From an uncultured Atopobiaceae bacterium (GTDB lineage: Bacteria > Actinomycetota > Coriobacteriia > Coriobacteriales > Atopobiaceae), in the NCBI GenBank assembly GCA_947303905.1, contig CAMYZR010000001.1:1-33990 (forward strand): 33,990 bases of DNA, in the 5' to 3' direction. The position numbers and the translations under genes are program-made. Position 1 is the first letter of the stretch. Each line of letters starts with the position of its first letter. Below are positions 22,702 through 32,169 of the stretch, piece by piece. The notes beneath the pieces were generated by a model that searched no databases, was not told the DNA's origin, and saw nothing but the letters and a program-made list of their open reading frames with translations.

Positions 22702-23232
22702 CTAGGAAGCGACTGCGCGCATCTTGGCCATGGCGCGCGAGAGCTTGGTTGATATTGTCGATGCGTTCATGCCCATAATCTGGGCGATTTCGGTGTTACG
22801 TAGCTGTTCGTAGTACTTGAGGTATACCAGCTGACGCTCCTCGTCGTCGAGTGTCGCGAGCAGCTGCGAAGCGAGCTCGGCGTCGCCAATCTGGTCGGTC
22901 TCGGCCTCCTCCGCGTAGGCGCCTTCGGCGATGTCCTCGATCGGGACGTTTTCGGGCGTGCGCGAGAAGTAGTCGCTGATGCAGTTGTTGGCAATCGAGA
23001 TGACCCAGGTGGAGAACTTGGCACGTGTGGGATCGAAGCGGGAGAAGTAGCGGGCGGCACGCAGGTACGCCTCGGAGGTGATGTCCTCGGCGGCCGTATG
23101 GTTGCCCACGCGGCGGAAGATGTAGTTGTAGACCATGGAAAAGCTTTCGCGGTAATAGCGCTCGAAGTCGCGATGCATGTCCCGCTTGTTGTCGCCACCT
23201 TCGACCAGTCTGAATCTGCTCGCTCGTGCCAC
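22702..23232 (-). CDS. ECF-type (sigma-70 family, regions 2 and 4 only) RNA polymerase sigma factor
   Basis: Region 2: YRESFSMVYNYIFRRVGNHTAAEDITSEAYLRAARYFSRFDPTRAKFSTWVISIANNCISDYFSR. Region 4: ERQLVYLKYYEQLRNTEIAQIMGMNASTISTKLSRAMAKMR. The GTG start at 23232 follows GAGG. ATG 23178 is an alternative start. Confidence 0.85.
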   Translation of the reverse strand: MARASRFRLVEGGDNKRDMHRDFERYYRESFSMVYNYIFRRVGNHTAAEDITSEAYLRAARYFSRFDPTRAKFSTWVISIANNCISDYFSRTPENVPIEDIAEGAYAEEAETDQIGDAELASQLLATLDDEERQLVYLKYYEQLRNTEIAQIMGMNASTISTKLSRAMAKMRAVAS

Positions 23233-23386
23233 GTGTGCCTCGCAATGCCATCAAATAGTTACCCTCATCTTCCCATGATACCGCTTGATGCCGTTTGCGG
23301 GGACAATGCCTTGCACGGCCTATAGGAAGTGCGTATAAGCGGTTGGATGGTTGAATTGCTGATGCTGGAGCTACCTGGTTGAAAGA

Positions 23387-24358
23387 TCAGACGACGACGT
23401 GCGTGAGCTCCCTGCCGTCCAGCCAGCGGGCGAGGTTCTCGCAGCAGATGTCACAGATGCGCTCCTCGGTGGCAGCGCACTTACCGAAGCTACCACCCGC
23501 CGTGTGAGGCGTGATGAAGCAGCGTGGCTCGTGCCAAAGGGGATGGCCTTGGGGGAGTGGCTCTGGATCGCACACGTCGAGGGCCGCACCGCGCAGATGT
23601 CCCTCTGCCAGCACACGGGCAAGCGCATTGCAGTCGATGAAGTTACCTCGTCCCACGTTGACGAGAATCGAGCCCTCGCGCATGAGACGCAACCTGCGCT
23701 CGTCGAGCCACCGGGACGTCTCGTGTGTGTTGGGCAGGCAGTTGACGACCACGTCAGCGCAGGGCAGCTCGTCCTCGGCCTCATCGAGCGTGACGAGCCG
23801 CTCGAAGTGGGGCCGCGTGACGGAGATGTCGCGGCAGACTCCCACGCAGTGGCAGTCGAAGCCCGAGAGGCGCTTTGCCGTGTAGCTGCCGATGTCTCCC
23901 GCGCCAAAGACGAGCACCGTCGCGTCCTCGAGCGAGGTTACAGGCCCCGACCATGCCCACAGCTCGCGCTCCTGCTGGCGCGCGTAGAGTGGGAAGTCCT
24001 GGGCGATGGAAAGTATCTGACCGACCACGAACTGGCTGATGATGTGCCCGAACGCGGCACCCGCCACGTTGGTCAGGCGCGTGTCGGCGGGAAAGGGTAC
24101 CTTGCCTTGCGTATAGAGGTCGCTTCCGGCCCAGGTCATCTGCACCCAGCGCACGGGTGTGCCCTCGGCGAGCAGGGCTGGCGAGGGCTCGCCGATCACC
24201 ACGTCCGACTGGGCGAGTAGCGGACGCAGCTCGTCCTCGTCCATCTGTCTTCCAGGTACCTGTGTGAGCACGGCCCGGCCAGCGGCTGCGCTGCGCAGAC
24301 GTTCCATATGGTGTGGATTGAAGGGAACCATGATAAGCACGCGGGTCGTATCGGGCAT
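23387..24358 (-). CDS. D-isomer-specific 2-hydroxyacid dehydrogenase family, NAD-binding
   Basis: The Rossmann motif is VLVFGAGDIGSYTAKRL. The catalytic region is NVGRGNFID...AALDVCDPEPLP...ITPHTAG. The start at M14 (24358) follows SD GGAGGAAG. Confidence 0.85.
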   Translation of the reverse strand: MPDTTRVLIMVPFNPHHMERLRSAAAGRAVLTQVPGRQMDEDELRPLLAQSDVVIGEPSPALLAEGTPVRWVQMTWAGSDLYTQGKVPFPADTRLTNVAGAAFGHIISQFVVGQILSIAQDFPLYARQQERELWAWSGPVTSLEDATVLVFGAGDIGSYTAKRLSGFDCHCVGVCRDISVTRPHFERLVTLDEAEDELPCADVVVNCLPNTHETSRWLDERRLRLMREGSILVNVGRGNFIDCNALARVLAEGHLRGAALDVCDPEPLPQGHPLWHEPRCFITPHTAGGSFGKCAATEERICDICCENLARWLDGRELTHVVV

Positions 24359-24469
24359 GCGTCTTCCTCCGTGGTGTGGTGACTGCCTTGTCCACAAGTA
24401 TGGCGTACCCGGCGTGCCCGTTCACGCCTCACCATCAGCGCAGGCTTATGCGAGACCGCGAAGCACTAG

Positions 24470-25990
<1,521 letters not shown>

Positions 25991-25993
25991 GAC

Positions 25994-26500
25994 ATGCCAG
26001 GAAGAATACCGCAGGGCTTTTTGGACGCACAGGCCGAGTTCGTGCAGCGTGTGAGCGGCGACTGGGCCCTCGTTACCGCTGGCACGCAGCAGGATGGCTG
26101 GAACACGATGACCATCGGCTGGGGAGAGGCTGGCGTGCTGTGGAGCCTGCCCACGGTGACGGTGTACGTGCATCCCTGGCGCTACACGCACCAGTTCATG
26201 CTGGACAACGACTACTTCACCGTGCAGCTCTTTGACAACGAGTACAAGCCTGACCTGGGCATCCTCGGGTCAAGGAGCGGGCGTGACGGCGACAAGGTGG
26301 CGCTCACGCGGCTTACGCCCAAGCCGATCGAGCATGGCATGACCTTCGAGGAGGCAACCACCACGCTGGTCTGCAGAAAGATCTACACCCATGCCATCGA
26401 CTTGGATGCCATGGCACCGGACATCCGCGAGCGCCTGGGGGCCTTCTATGCCAAGGAGGGTCACACGGTCTTCGTGGGCGAGCTTGTCGACGTGCTCTAG
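25994..26500 (+). CDS. Flavin-reductase-like (FMN-binding split-barrel) family protein
   Basis: The segment WALVTAG...GWNTMTIGWGEAGVLWSLPTVTVYVHPWRYTHQFM...YFTV is typical of the small flavin reductase-like family. The gene starts 3 nt after the GH1 stop. The assignment rests on remembered family resemblance only. Confidence 0.55.
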   Translation: MPGRIPQGFLDAQAEFVQRVSGDWALVTAGTQQDGWNTMTIGWGEAGVLWSLPTVTVYVHPWRYTHQFMLDNDYFTVQLFDNEYKPDLGILGSRSGRDGDKVALTRLTPKPIEHGMTFEEATTTLVCRKIYTHAIDLDAMAPDIRERLGAFYAKEGHTVFVGELVDVL

Positions 26501-26542
26501 CTGCTGGCACGAGACGGGCCCTCGGGTTCGTCGGGTCTGCTC

Positions 26543-27478
26543 CTACTGGATACCAGCCTGGTGCGTAGCGAGCCACTCGGCTGCCTTGTGCGCAAAGTAG
26601 CAGGTGCCACCCTCGCTTTTGGCCTGCTCGTAGTACGGGCGGGCAGCCGCGTCATCGCCCTTGAGCACCTCGAGCTCGGCCCGACGGAAGGCGACACTCG
26701 TTTGCTGCTCGGGCAGCTTTGCCAGCCCGGTGAGCCTGTCGAGCAGCTCCTCGGCCGCCTGCAGGTCGCCGTCGGCAACGGCGAGCGCCTCGTCGGTAAA
26801 GAGCAGCGCCATCTCGGCGCCCTCCCTAAGGGGCCCGCGCGACTTGCGCAGGGATGCGGCAAGATCGTCGCGCAGGCTTCTCACCTGCGGCCAGTCCTTC
26901 TCGATCGTGGCGAAGCCGATGCCGACGTTGTCGACCATCGGCCTCATGGCACCGGAGGGCTTGGCGGTGGCCGTGGCCACGTTCAGCAGCTCGCGCGACT
27001 TCTCGACGTCACCCGTGAGCATGGCCGCCTGGGACGCGATGAGCATATGCTGTGCTTTGGCGCGACGATTCTTGATGCGGCCAAGGAGATGGTCTTCCAC
27101 CTTGAGCATCTTGGCGGGGTCGCAGTCGTGGGTCACGATGCCCTGGAAATCGGCGTATGAGCGGATGATGAACAGGTATTCGAGGGCAACGCATGCCACG
27201 ACGATGGGGATGGCGAACAGGAGCCTTGTCCAGTCGGCCTCCCCGAGGACATACGGCCAGCAGGCGACGAGCGTGAGGCCGGCGGCCAAGGCGGCGCCAG
27301 CGCAGCGAATGAGCAGGTCGCGGTTCTTGAACTTGATGGCGCACTCGTACGGCCTGAGATTGGCGAAGGACGAGTGTCGCGTGGTGTCGCCAGTCTGCAT
27401 AGGCGCATGACCTCCAAGGACGTCTCCCATACCTCGCCATATGATACTCGCGTCAAACGAATGTGTCTCGCCATGCAT
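26543..27478 (-). CDS. Hypothetical membrane protein with a helical-repeat (TPR-like) C-terminal region
   Basis: Two TM helices (LLIRCAGAALAAGLTLVACW; LLFAIPIVVACVALEYLFII) precede Ala/Leu/Glu-rich helical repeats. The start is uncertain: 27478, 27430 or 27400. Confidence 0.45.
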   Translation of the reverse strand: MHGETHSFDASIIWRGMGDVLGGHAPMQTGDTTRHSSFANLRPYECAIKFKNRDLLIRCAGAALAAGLTLVACWPYVLGEADWTRLLFAIPIVVACVALEYLFIIRSYADFQGIVTHDCDPAKMLKVEDHLLGRIKNRRAKAQHMLIASQAAMLTGDVEKSRELLNVATATAKPSGAMRPMVDNVGIGFATIEKDWPQVRSLRDDLAASLRKSRGPLREGAEMALLFTDEALAVADGDLQAAEELLDRLTGLAKLPEQQTSVAFRRAELEVLKGDDAAARPYYEQAKSEGGTCYFAHKAAEWLATHQAGIQ

Positions 27479-27576
27479 CCATCCGTCTCCCGAAATGCCA
27501 GCTATACACGATAGTCTGCGTTTGCGCGCGTATTAGGATGAATCAAATGGGAACCTGTGTTTGAGGAGTGGGTGTC

Positions 27577-28398
27577 ATGATTGAGAAGGTCACGGCAGTC
27601 ATCGCCGATGTGGACGGAACCATCAACATCAAGGGCAGCGCGCTGATGCCCAAGACGCTGGCGGCAATCAACGCCCTGCACGAGCGCGGGATCCTTTTTG
27701 GTACGGCCTCCGGTCGACCGCTCGACCATCGCTCGCTGGACAAGGCCAAGCAGTGGGGCCTCGACTTCGAGTTCGACATGGCCATCGGCATGAACGGCGG
27801 CGACCTGTGGGATGCCAACCACGAGGGCATCGAGCACATGATGCTGCTGGACAAGGAGTACATAGACGACATCTGCTCCTTCATGTGGCCGCTCGACTGC
27901 AACGTCATCGTCTACGAGAACGCCTACGACCACGTGCTGGTCAAGCGGATCGACAAGCAACTCCAGCAGAGCATCTACCGCAACGGCTCGATCGTGGAGG
28001 TGGTCGAGCCCGAGGTGATGGCCCAGAAGGACACCGGAAAGATTGAGGTGCAGTACGAACCGGAGCTCGACGAGGAGATCATGGCCGTGGTCAACGCGCA
28101 CCCGTCCGTGTACTGGGACTCCGTGCGCACCTTCCCTGGCACGGTCGAGTTCGTCAAGCCGGGTCTGGACAAGGGCGTCGCACTGCGCCGCTACTCCGAG
28201 CGCAACGGCATCCCCCTGGGCGAGATCATGACCTTCGGTGACATGGACAACGACATCGCGCTTCTGCGCGAGGCCGGTTGGGGCGTCTGCATGCAGAACG
28301 GCTGCGATGCGGCAAAGGCCGTTGCCGACGCCGTCACCGAGTACGGCGTGACCGAGGACGGCATGGGCCGGTATCTGGAGCGCTACGTGCTCGTGTAG
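27577..28398 (+). CDS. Cof-type HAD-IIB family hydrolase (sugar-phosphate phosphatase-like)
   Basis: HAD motifs: I = IADVDGT; II = GTASGRP; IV = FGDMDNDIALL. ATG 27577 lies 8 nt after GAGGAG. Confidence 0.82.
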   Translation: MIEKVTAVIADVDGTINIKGSALMPKTLAAINALHERGILFGTASGRPLDHRSLDKAKQWGLDFEFDMAIGMNGGDLWDANHEGIEHMMLLDKEYIDDICSFMWPLDCNVIVYENAYDHVLVKRIDKQLQQSIYRNGSIVEVVEPEVMAQKDTGKIEVQYEPELDEEIMAVVNAHPSVYWDSVRTFPGTVEFVKPGLDKGVALRRYSERNGIPLGEIMTFGDMDNDIALLREAGWGVCMQNGCDAAKAVADAVTEYGVTEDGMGRYLERYVLV

Positions 28399-28420
28399 GG
28401 AGTGGGGCGGCTGCCGAGCG

Positions 28421-29110
28421 TCAGCGCCTGTAGTGGAGCCCGAGGCCCGAGTTAGGCAGCTGGCGCACCTCCGCGAGCTCGAACTCGAGCGGGTCGGCGC
28501 GCAGGCCGCGGACCGTCTCGAAGAGCGAGGGCTGGCCGCTTGCAACCTCTGCCACCGGTGCGATAATCAGCGAGAGCTCGTCCACGCACTCTGCCGCGGC
28601 AAAGGTCCCGTTGGCAAAGCCTCCGCCCATGAGCAGGATGCGCGACACGCCAAAGAGCCGCAGGAGCTTCTCCGCGGCCAGCTCGGCATCAAAGCGCCCG
28701 CGACCTGCGAGGACATAGCTCACGCCAATGCCGCGCAGGTAGGAGAGGTATCCGGGGTTCACGTCCTCGCGCAGCAGCTGCACGATGTGCCCGTTCAGGT
28801 TGCCGCGGGCGGTGTCGGGAGCGTCAAAGCGCAGCGTTCCCTCCGGATCGACCACCGCAAAGTAGAAGTCTGCCTCGCGCGCGACGTAGTCTCCGGGTGG
28901 CACGGGCCTGCGGACCTGCGTCGGGCGCCCGGCATGCACGCCGGAGAGCACTTCGGCGGCCGTGGTTGCACCGTAGATGATGCACTCCGCATCAAGCTCG
29001 TCGCGAATGGACCCATATGCTCCCACCAGGTCGTATGCCGAGGAGAAGAACTTCCCTGCCACCCGTCCGTCAATGGACTGCAGGATGTGGACGATGATAT
29101 GCGGACGCAT
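28421..29110 (-). CDS. RibD C-terminal domain / dihydrofolate-reductase-like family protein
   Basis: The segment ILQSIDGRVAGKF...IIYGATTA...ILLMGGGFANGTF...DELSLIIAPV is typical of RibD_C reductase-fold proteins. The start at M16 (29110) follows SD AGGAG. Confidence 0.7.
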   Translation of the reverse strand: MRPHIIVHILQSIDGRVAGKFFSSAYDLVGAYGSIRDELDAECIIYGATTAAEVLSGVHAGRPTQVRRPVPPGDYVAREADFYFAVVDPEGTLRFDAPDTARGNLNGHIVQLLREDVNPGYLSYLRGIGVSYVLAGRGRFDAELAAEKLLRLFGVSRILLMGGGFANGTFAAAECVDELSLIIAPVAEVASGQPSLFETVRGLRADPLEFELAEVRQLPNSGLGLHYRR

Positions 29111-29194
29111 GGGCGCTCCTGTCGCTAGAGGATGACTCACTACAGGATAGTCCATACGCGCGTGACTCGTATTGATGAGCCATAAATCAGACGC

Positions 29195-29500
29195 ATGTCA
29201 AAAGATATGCAATATGAATTTGTTATGCCGCGTCAGCGGGACTACAGTTGTTCTGACGAGATGGACCAGACAAAGGAGAGGCGCGACGTGACTGAGACGG
29301 TAGAGAGCGGATTGCTCGACGCGGGCTGTGCCGCCGCTTTCATCGAGCGGTACCGCGTGGCAGAGGCGGCGGGCGACACGCAGGCGTGTCTCGATCTGCT
29401 GCGTAGGCATCGCTGCGAGCTCGTGTGCGCACTTCATGAGGCCCAAAAGCCCATCGACGTATGCGACTGGATCATCAGGGGCCTAGAGAGGGAGCTTTAG
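29195..29500 (+). CDS. Small hypothetical Cys-containing protein (up to 101 aa), coupled to the DUF3737 gene
   Basis: The ORF ends at TAG 29498-29500, 1 nt before the next ATG (29502). The helical C-terminal part is LLDAGCAAAFIERYRV...QACLDLLRRHRCELVCALHEAQKPIDVCDWIIRGLE. The start is uncertain, since internal Met codons are possible. Confidence 0.4.
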   Translation: MSKDMQYEFVMPRQRDYSCSDEMDQTKERRDVTETVESGLLDAGCAAAFIERYRVAEAAGDTQACLDLLRRHRCELVCALHEAQKPIDVCDWIIRGLEREL

Positions 29501-29501
29501 C

Positions 29502-30380
29502 ATGAAGGTCATCAAGGGTCAGCATCTTACGGGCGAGCGAGCCCTGTTCAAGGCACGCGGACTGCGCGTGGAGGGCTGTCGCTTCGACGAGGGCGAGTCG
29601 CCGCTCAAGGAGTCACTCGACATCGAGGTTGCCAACACCGTGTTCGGTTGGCGCTACCCGCTGTGGTACGACGAGCACGTCTCAGTCAAGGACAGCGCGT
29701 TTCTCGAGGTGGCACGCGCGGGCATCTGGTACAGCAACGACGTCGAGATCGCGGACTGCTCCTTCGACGCGCCGAAGGGCATTCGCAAGTGCCACAACGT
29801 GCGCCTCTCGCATGTGCAGATGCCGCACGCCGACGAGACGCTCTGGTGGTGCGAGGGCGTGCGCGTGGAGGACGTCTCGGTGACGGGCGACTACTTCCTG
29901 CAGGGCTCGCGCGACGTCTATGTCAAGAACCTGCACCTCAGTGGCAAGTACAGCTTTGATGGCTGCACGAACCTGGTGGTGGAGGACTCGCGCCTGATCA
30001 CCAAGGACGCGTTCTGGAACTGCGAGAACGTCGTGGTCCGCAACTGCTTTATCGTGAGCGAGTACCTTGCCTGGAACGCGCACAACGTCACCTTCGAGAA
30101 CTGCATCATCCAGAGCCTGCAGGGCCTGTGCTACGTGAGCGGCCTCACGCTGCGCAACTGCGACCTTATGGACACCGACCTCGCGTTCGAGTACTGCTCG
30201 GACGTGGACGCAGAGCTGCGCACACCGGTCGTGAGCGTCAAGAACCCCCTGAACGGTCGCATCGTCGCGCCGAGCATCGGCGAGATCATCTTCGACGATC
30301 CCGAAGTGAACCCCTGTAACACGGCAATCGTCCAGACGCAGCGCAAGGAGCCCTTCGTCTGCCTCTGCCGCGCCGTGTAG
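29502..30380 (+). CDS. DUF3737 family protein (right-handed beta-helix repeats)
   Basis: The sequence GERALFKARGLRVEGCRFDEGESPLKE...FGWRYPLWY...AFWNCENVVVRNC...LAWNAHNVTFENC...LRNCDL shows repeated ~22-aa beta-helix turns characteristic of DUF3737. Confidence 0.75.
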   Translation: MKVIKGQHLTGERALFKARGLRVEGCRFDEGESPLKESLDIEVANTVFGWRYPLWYDEHVSVKDSAFLEVARAGIWYSNDVEIADCSFDAPKGIRKCHNVRLSHVQMPHADETLWWCEGVRVEDVSVTGDYFLQGSRDVYVKNLHLSGKYSFDGCTNLVVEDSRLITKDAFWNCENVVVRNCFIVSEYLAWNAHNVTFENCIIQSLQGLCYVSGLTLRNCDLMDTDLAFEYCSDVDAELRTPVVSVKNPLNGRIVAPSIGEIIFDDPEVNPCNTAIVQTQRKEPFVCLCRAV

Positions 30381-30494
30381 CGAGCGGGTCCGCCCTGGGC
30401 TAGGTTACCAGGGCGTGGCAAATGGTGGACCTCTGCGGTTTTTCTCGCGGTCGCTGATACGATATGCGGGTCAGCTTCGAGGGAGGGGTCGCAT

Positions 30495-31430
30495 ATGTCG
30501 CGAGATACCGCAGAGGTTCGCCTCCTCGACAAGCCACTTGTCAACAAGCTCCTCATTCTCTTCGCGGCCCTCATGTGGGGCATCTCCTTCACCACCATGA
30601 AGGGCCTCGTCAATGAGATGCCCGTGTTCTATCTGCTGGCCGTGCGCAACGCCTTGGCTACGGTGGCCATGGTGGCATGGGTGCGCGGCCGGCTGCTGCG
30701 CGAGCGAGGCCGACGCACCATCCTGTTGGGCCTGGCGCTGGGCGTGACGGGCTTTGGAGCCTATGCCACCCAGACCGTGGGCCTCTCCATGACCACGCCG
30801 GGCAAGAATGCCTTCCTCACGGCATGCTATTGCGTGATGGTGCCCTTCCTCTCGTGGGCGTTTGGGCAGGGCCGGCCTGGCGTGCGTCACGTCCTGGCGG
30901 CGGTGGTGTGCGTCTGGGGCATCGGTTTGGTGGCTGCCGATGGCGGCCTCCCGCTCAACCAGGGGGACGTGCTCTCGCTGACGTGCGGCATCTTCTATGC
31001 GCTTCAGTTTGTGATCCTCTCCAAGTGGGGTGCCGGAGTGGACGCACTCGTGGCAACAACGTGGCAGTTTGCGGTCATGGCGGCGTGTGCGGGCACGACC
31101 TCACGGCTCTTTGAGGGCGCTTACGTACCGCCCATCCCAACCGCCTCCGACATTGCCACGATGCTCTACCTGGCCATAGTCTGCTCATGCATGTGCTTTG
31201 GGCTGCTCAACCGCGCAATGACGCGCGTCGACCCTGCGGAGGGGTCGATCCTCTCGGCACTCGAGGCTCCCTTCGGCGTGCTGAGCAGCGTGTTGGTCTA
31301 TCAAGAACGCGTGACGCCGCGCCTGCTTACGGGCTTTGCGCTCATCTTCTGCGCGGTCGTGATGAGCGAGGCAGGGGAGGAGCTGCTGGGCCGTCTGCGC
31401 CAGAGGCGGACTCGACCCGTGGCAGACTAG
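30495..31430 (+). CDS. DMT superfamily (EamA-like) transporter
   Basis: It has ten hydrophobic segments in two EamA halves: LFAALMWGISFTTMKGL..., and GDVLSLTCGIFYALQFVILSKW in the second half. Confidence 0.8.
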   Translation: MSRDTAEVRLLDKPLVNKLLILFAALMWGISFTTMKGLVNEMPVFYLLAVRNALATVAMVAWVRGRLLRERGRRTILLGLALGVTGFGAYATQTVGLSMTTPGKNAFLTACYCVMVPFLSWAFGQGRPGVRHVLAAVVCVWGIGLVAADGGLPLNQGDVLSLTCGIFYALQFVILSKWGAGVDALVATTWQFAVMAACAGTTSRLFEGAYVPPIPTASDIATMLYLAIVCSCMCFGLLNRAMTRVDPAEGSILSALEAPFGVLSSVLVYQERVTPRLLTGFALIFCAVVMSEAGEELLGRLRQRRTRPVAD

Positions 31431-31489
31431 CTTCGTGGGAGCCCATGTGCCATACAATGGTCTTGTCTTCTCGGGAGAAGGAGCGGGCC

Positions 31490-32107
31490 ATGGTCTTGAC
31501 CAGCGTTGTCCTCAATGTGGCAATTGCCGTGAGCTCGGTGGGTGCATGGATTTCCATCCTGCTGGGCACGGGCGACGACAGGTCTCTCTCGCACAGGGGA
31601 ATCGGCAGCCTCAAGTACTACACGGTGCTTTCCAACCTTTTCTCGGCGGCGGTGTCGCTTGTGTACGCAAAGGGCTTGCTGAGCATGATGACAGGCGCTC
31701 TGCCTGCTTGGCTGCTGGTTTTGCGACTCTCGGCGGCCTCGGTGGTGATGGTCACCTTCTTCGTGACGTTTCTGCTCCTGATACCCGTGTATGGATTCAA
31801 GGCCCTCTATAGTGGCGGCAACTTCTGGCTCCACCTGGTTTGCCCGCTGCTTGCTGCCGGCGACACCATCCTCTTTGCCCCGGTGGAGACCCTGCCTTTG
31901 TGGAGCACGGCGTTTGCAATGGTTCCCACGGCCCTCTATGCGGCGGGATACATCCGCGCGGTGCTTGTCCACGGTGCCGAGGAGAACGGGAAGGTCTATG
32001 ACTTCTACGACTTCTTGAGATGGGGCGAGGACAAGATCGGCCTGGTTGCCGCCGTAATGCTTCTGTTTACCTGGGCCATTGCCGTGGTGTTGTACCTCGC
32101 GAGCTGA
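31490..32107 (+). CDS. Hypothetical integral membrane protein (205 aa, about 6 TM)
   Basis: ATG 31490 follows SD GAGAAGGAG. This is M102 of track ORF 31187-32107. Hydrophobic segments include VVLNVAIAVSSVGAWISILLG, LKYYTVLSNLFSAAVSLVYA and LSAASVVMVTFFVTFLLLIPV. I cannot assign a family with confidence. Confidence 0.55.
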   Translation: MVLTSVVLNVAIAVSSVGAWISILLGTGDDRSLSHRGIGSLKYYTVLSNLFSAAVSLVYAKGLLSMMTGALPAWLLVLRLSAASVVMVTFFVTFLLLIPVYGFKALYSGGNFWLHLVCPLLAAGDTILFAPVETLPLWSTAFAMVPTALYAAGYIRAVLVHGAEENGKVYDFYDFLRWGEDKIGLVAAVMLLFTWAIAVVLYLAS

Positions 32108-32111
32108 GGGG

Positions 32112-32156
32112 GCTCCGTCCGACCGAAGGGATCCGTTCCCAATGGTCGGACGGAGC
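32112..32156. terminator. 13-bp perfect inverted repeat between convergent genes (terminator-like hairpin without a clear U-tract)
   Basis: GCTCCGTCCGACC (32112-32124) pairs with GGTCGGACGGAGC (32144-32156). The loop is 19 nt and contains a further GGGA/TCCC pairing. Confidence 0.55.
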
Positions 32157-32169
32157 TTGAACCCAATGT

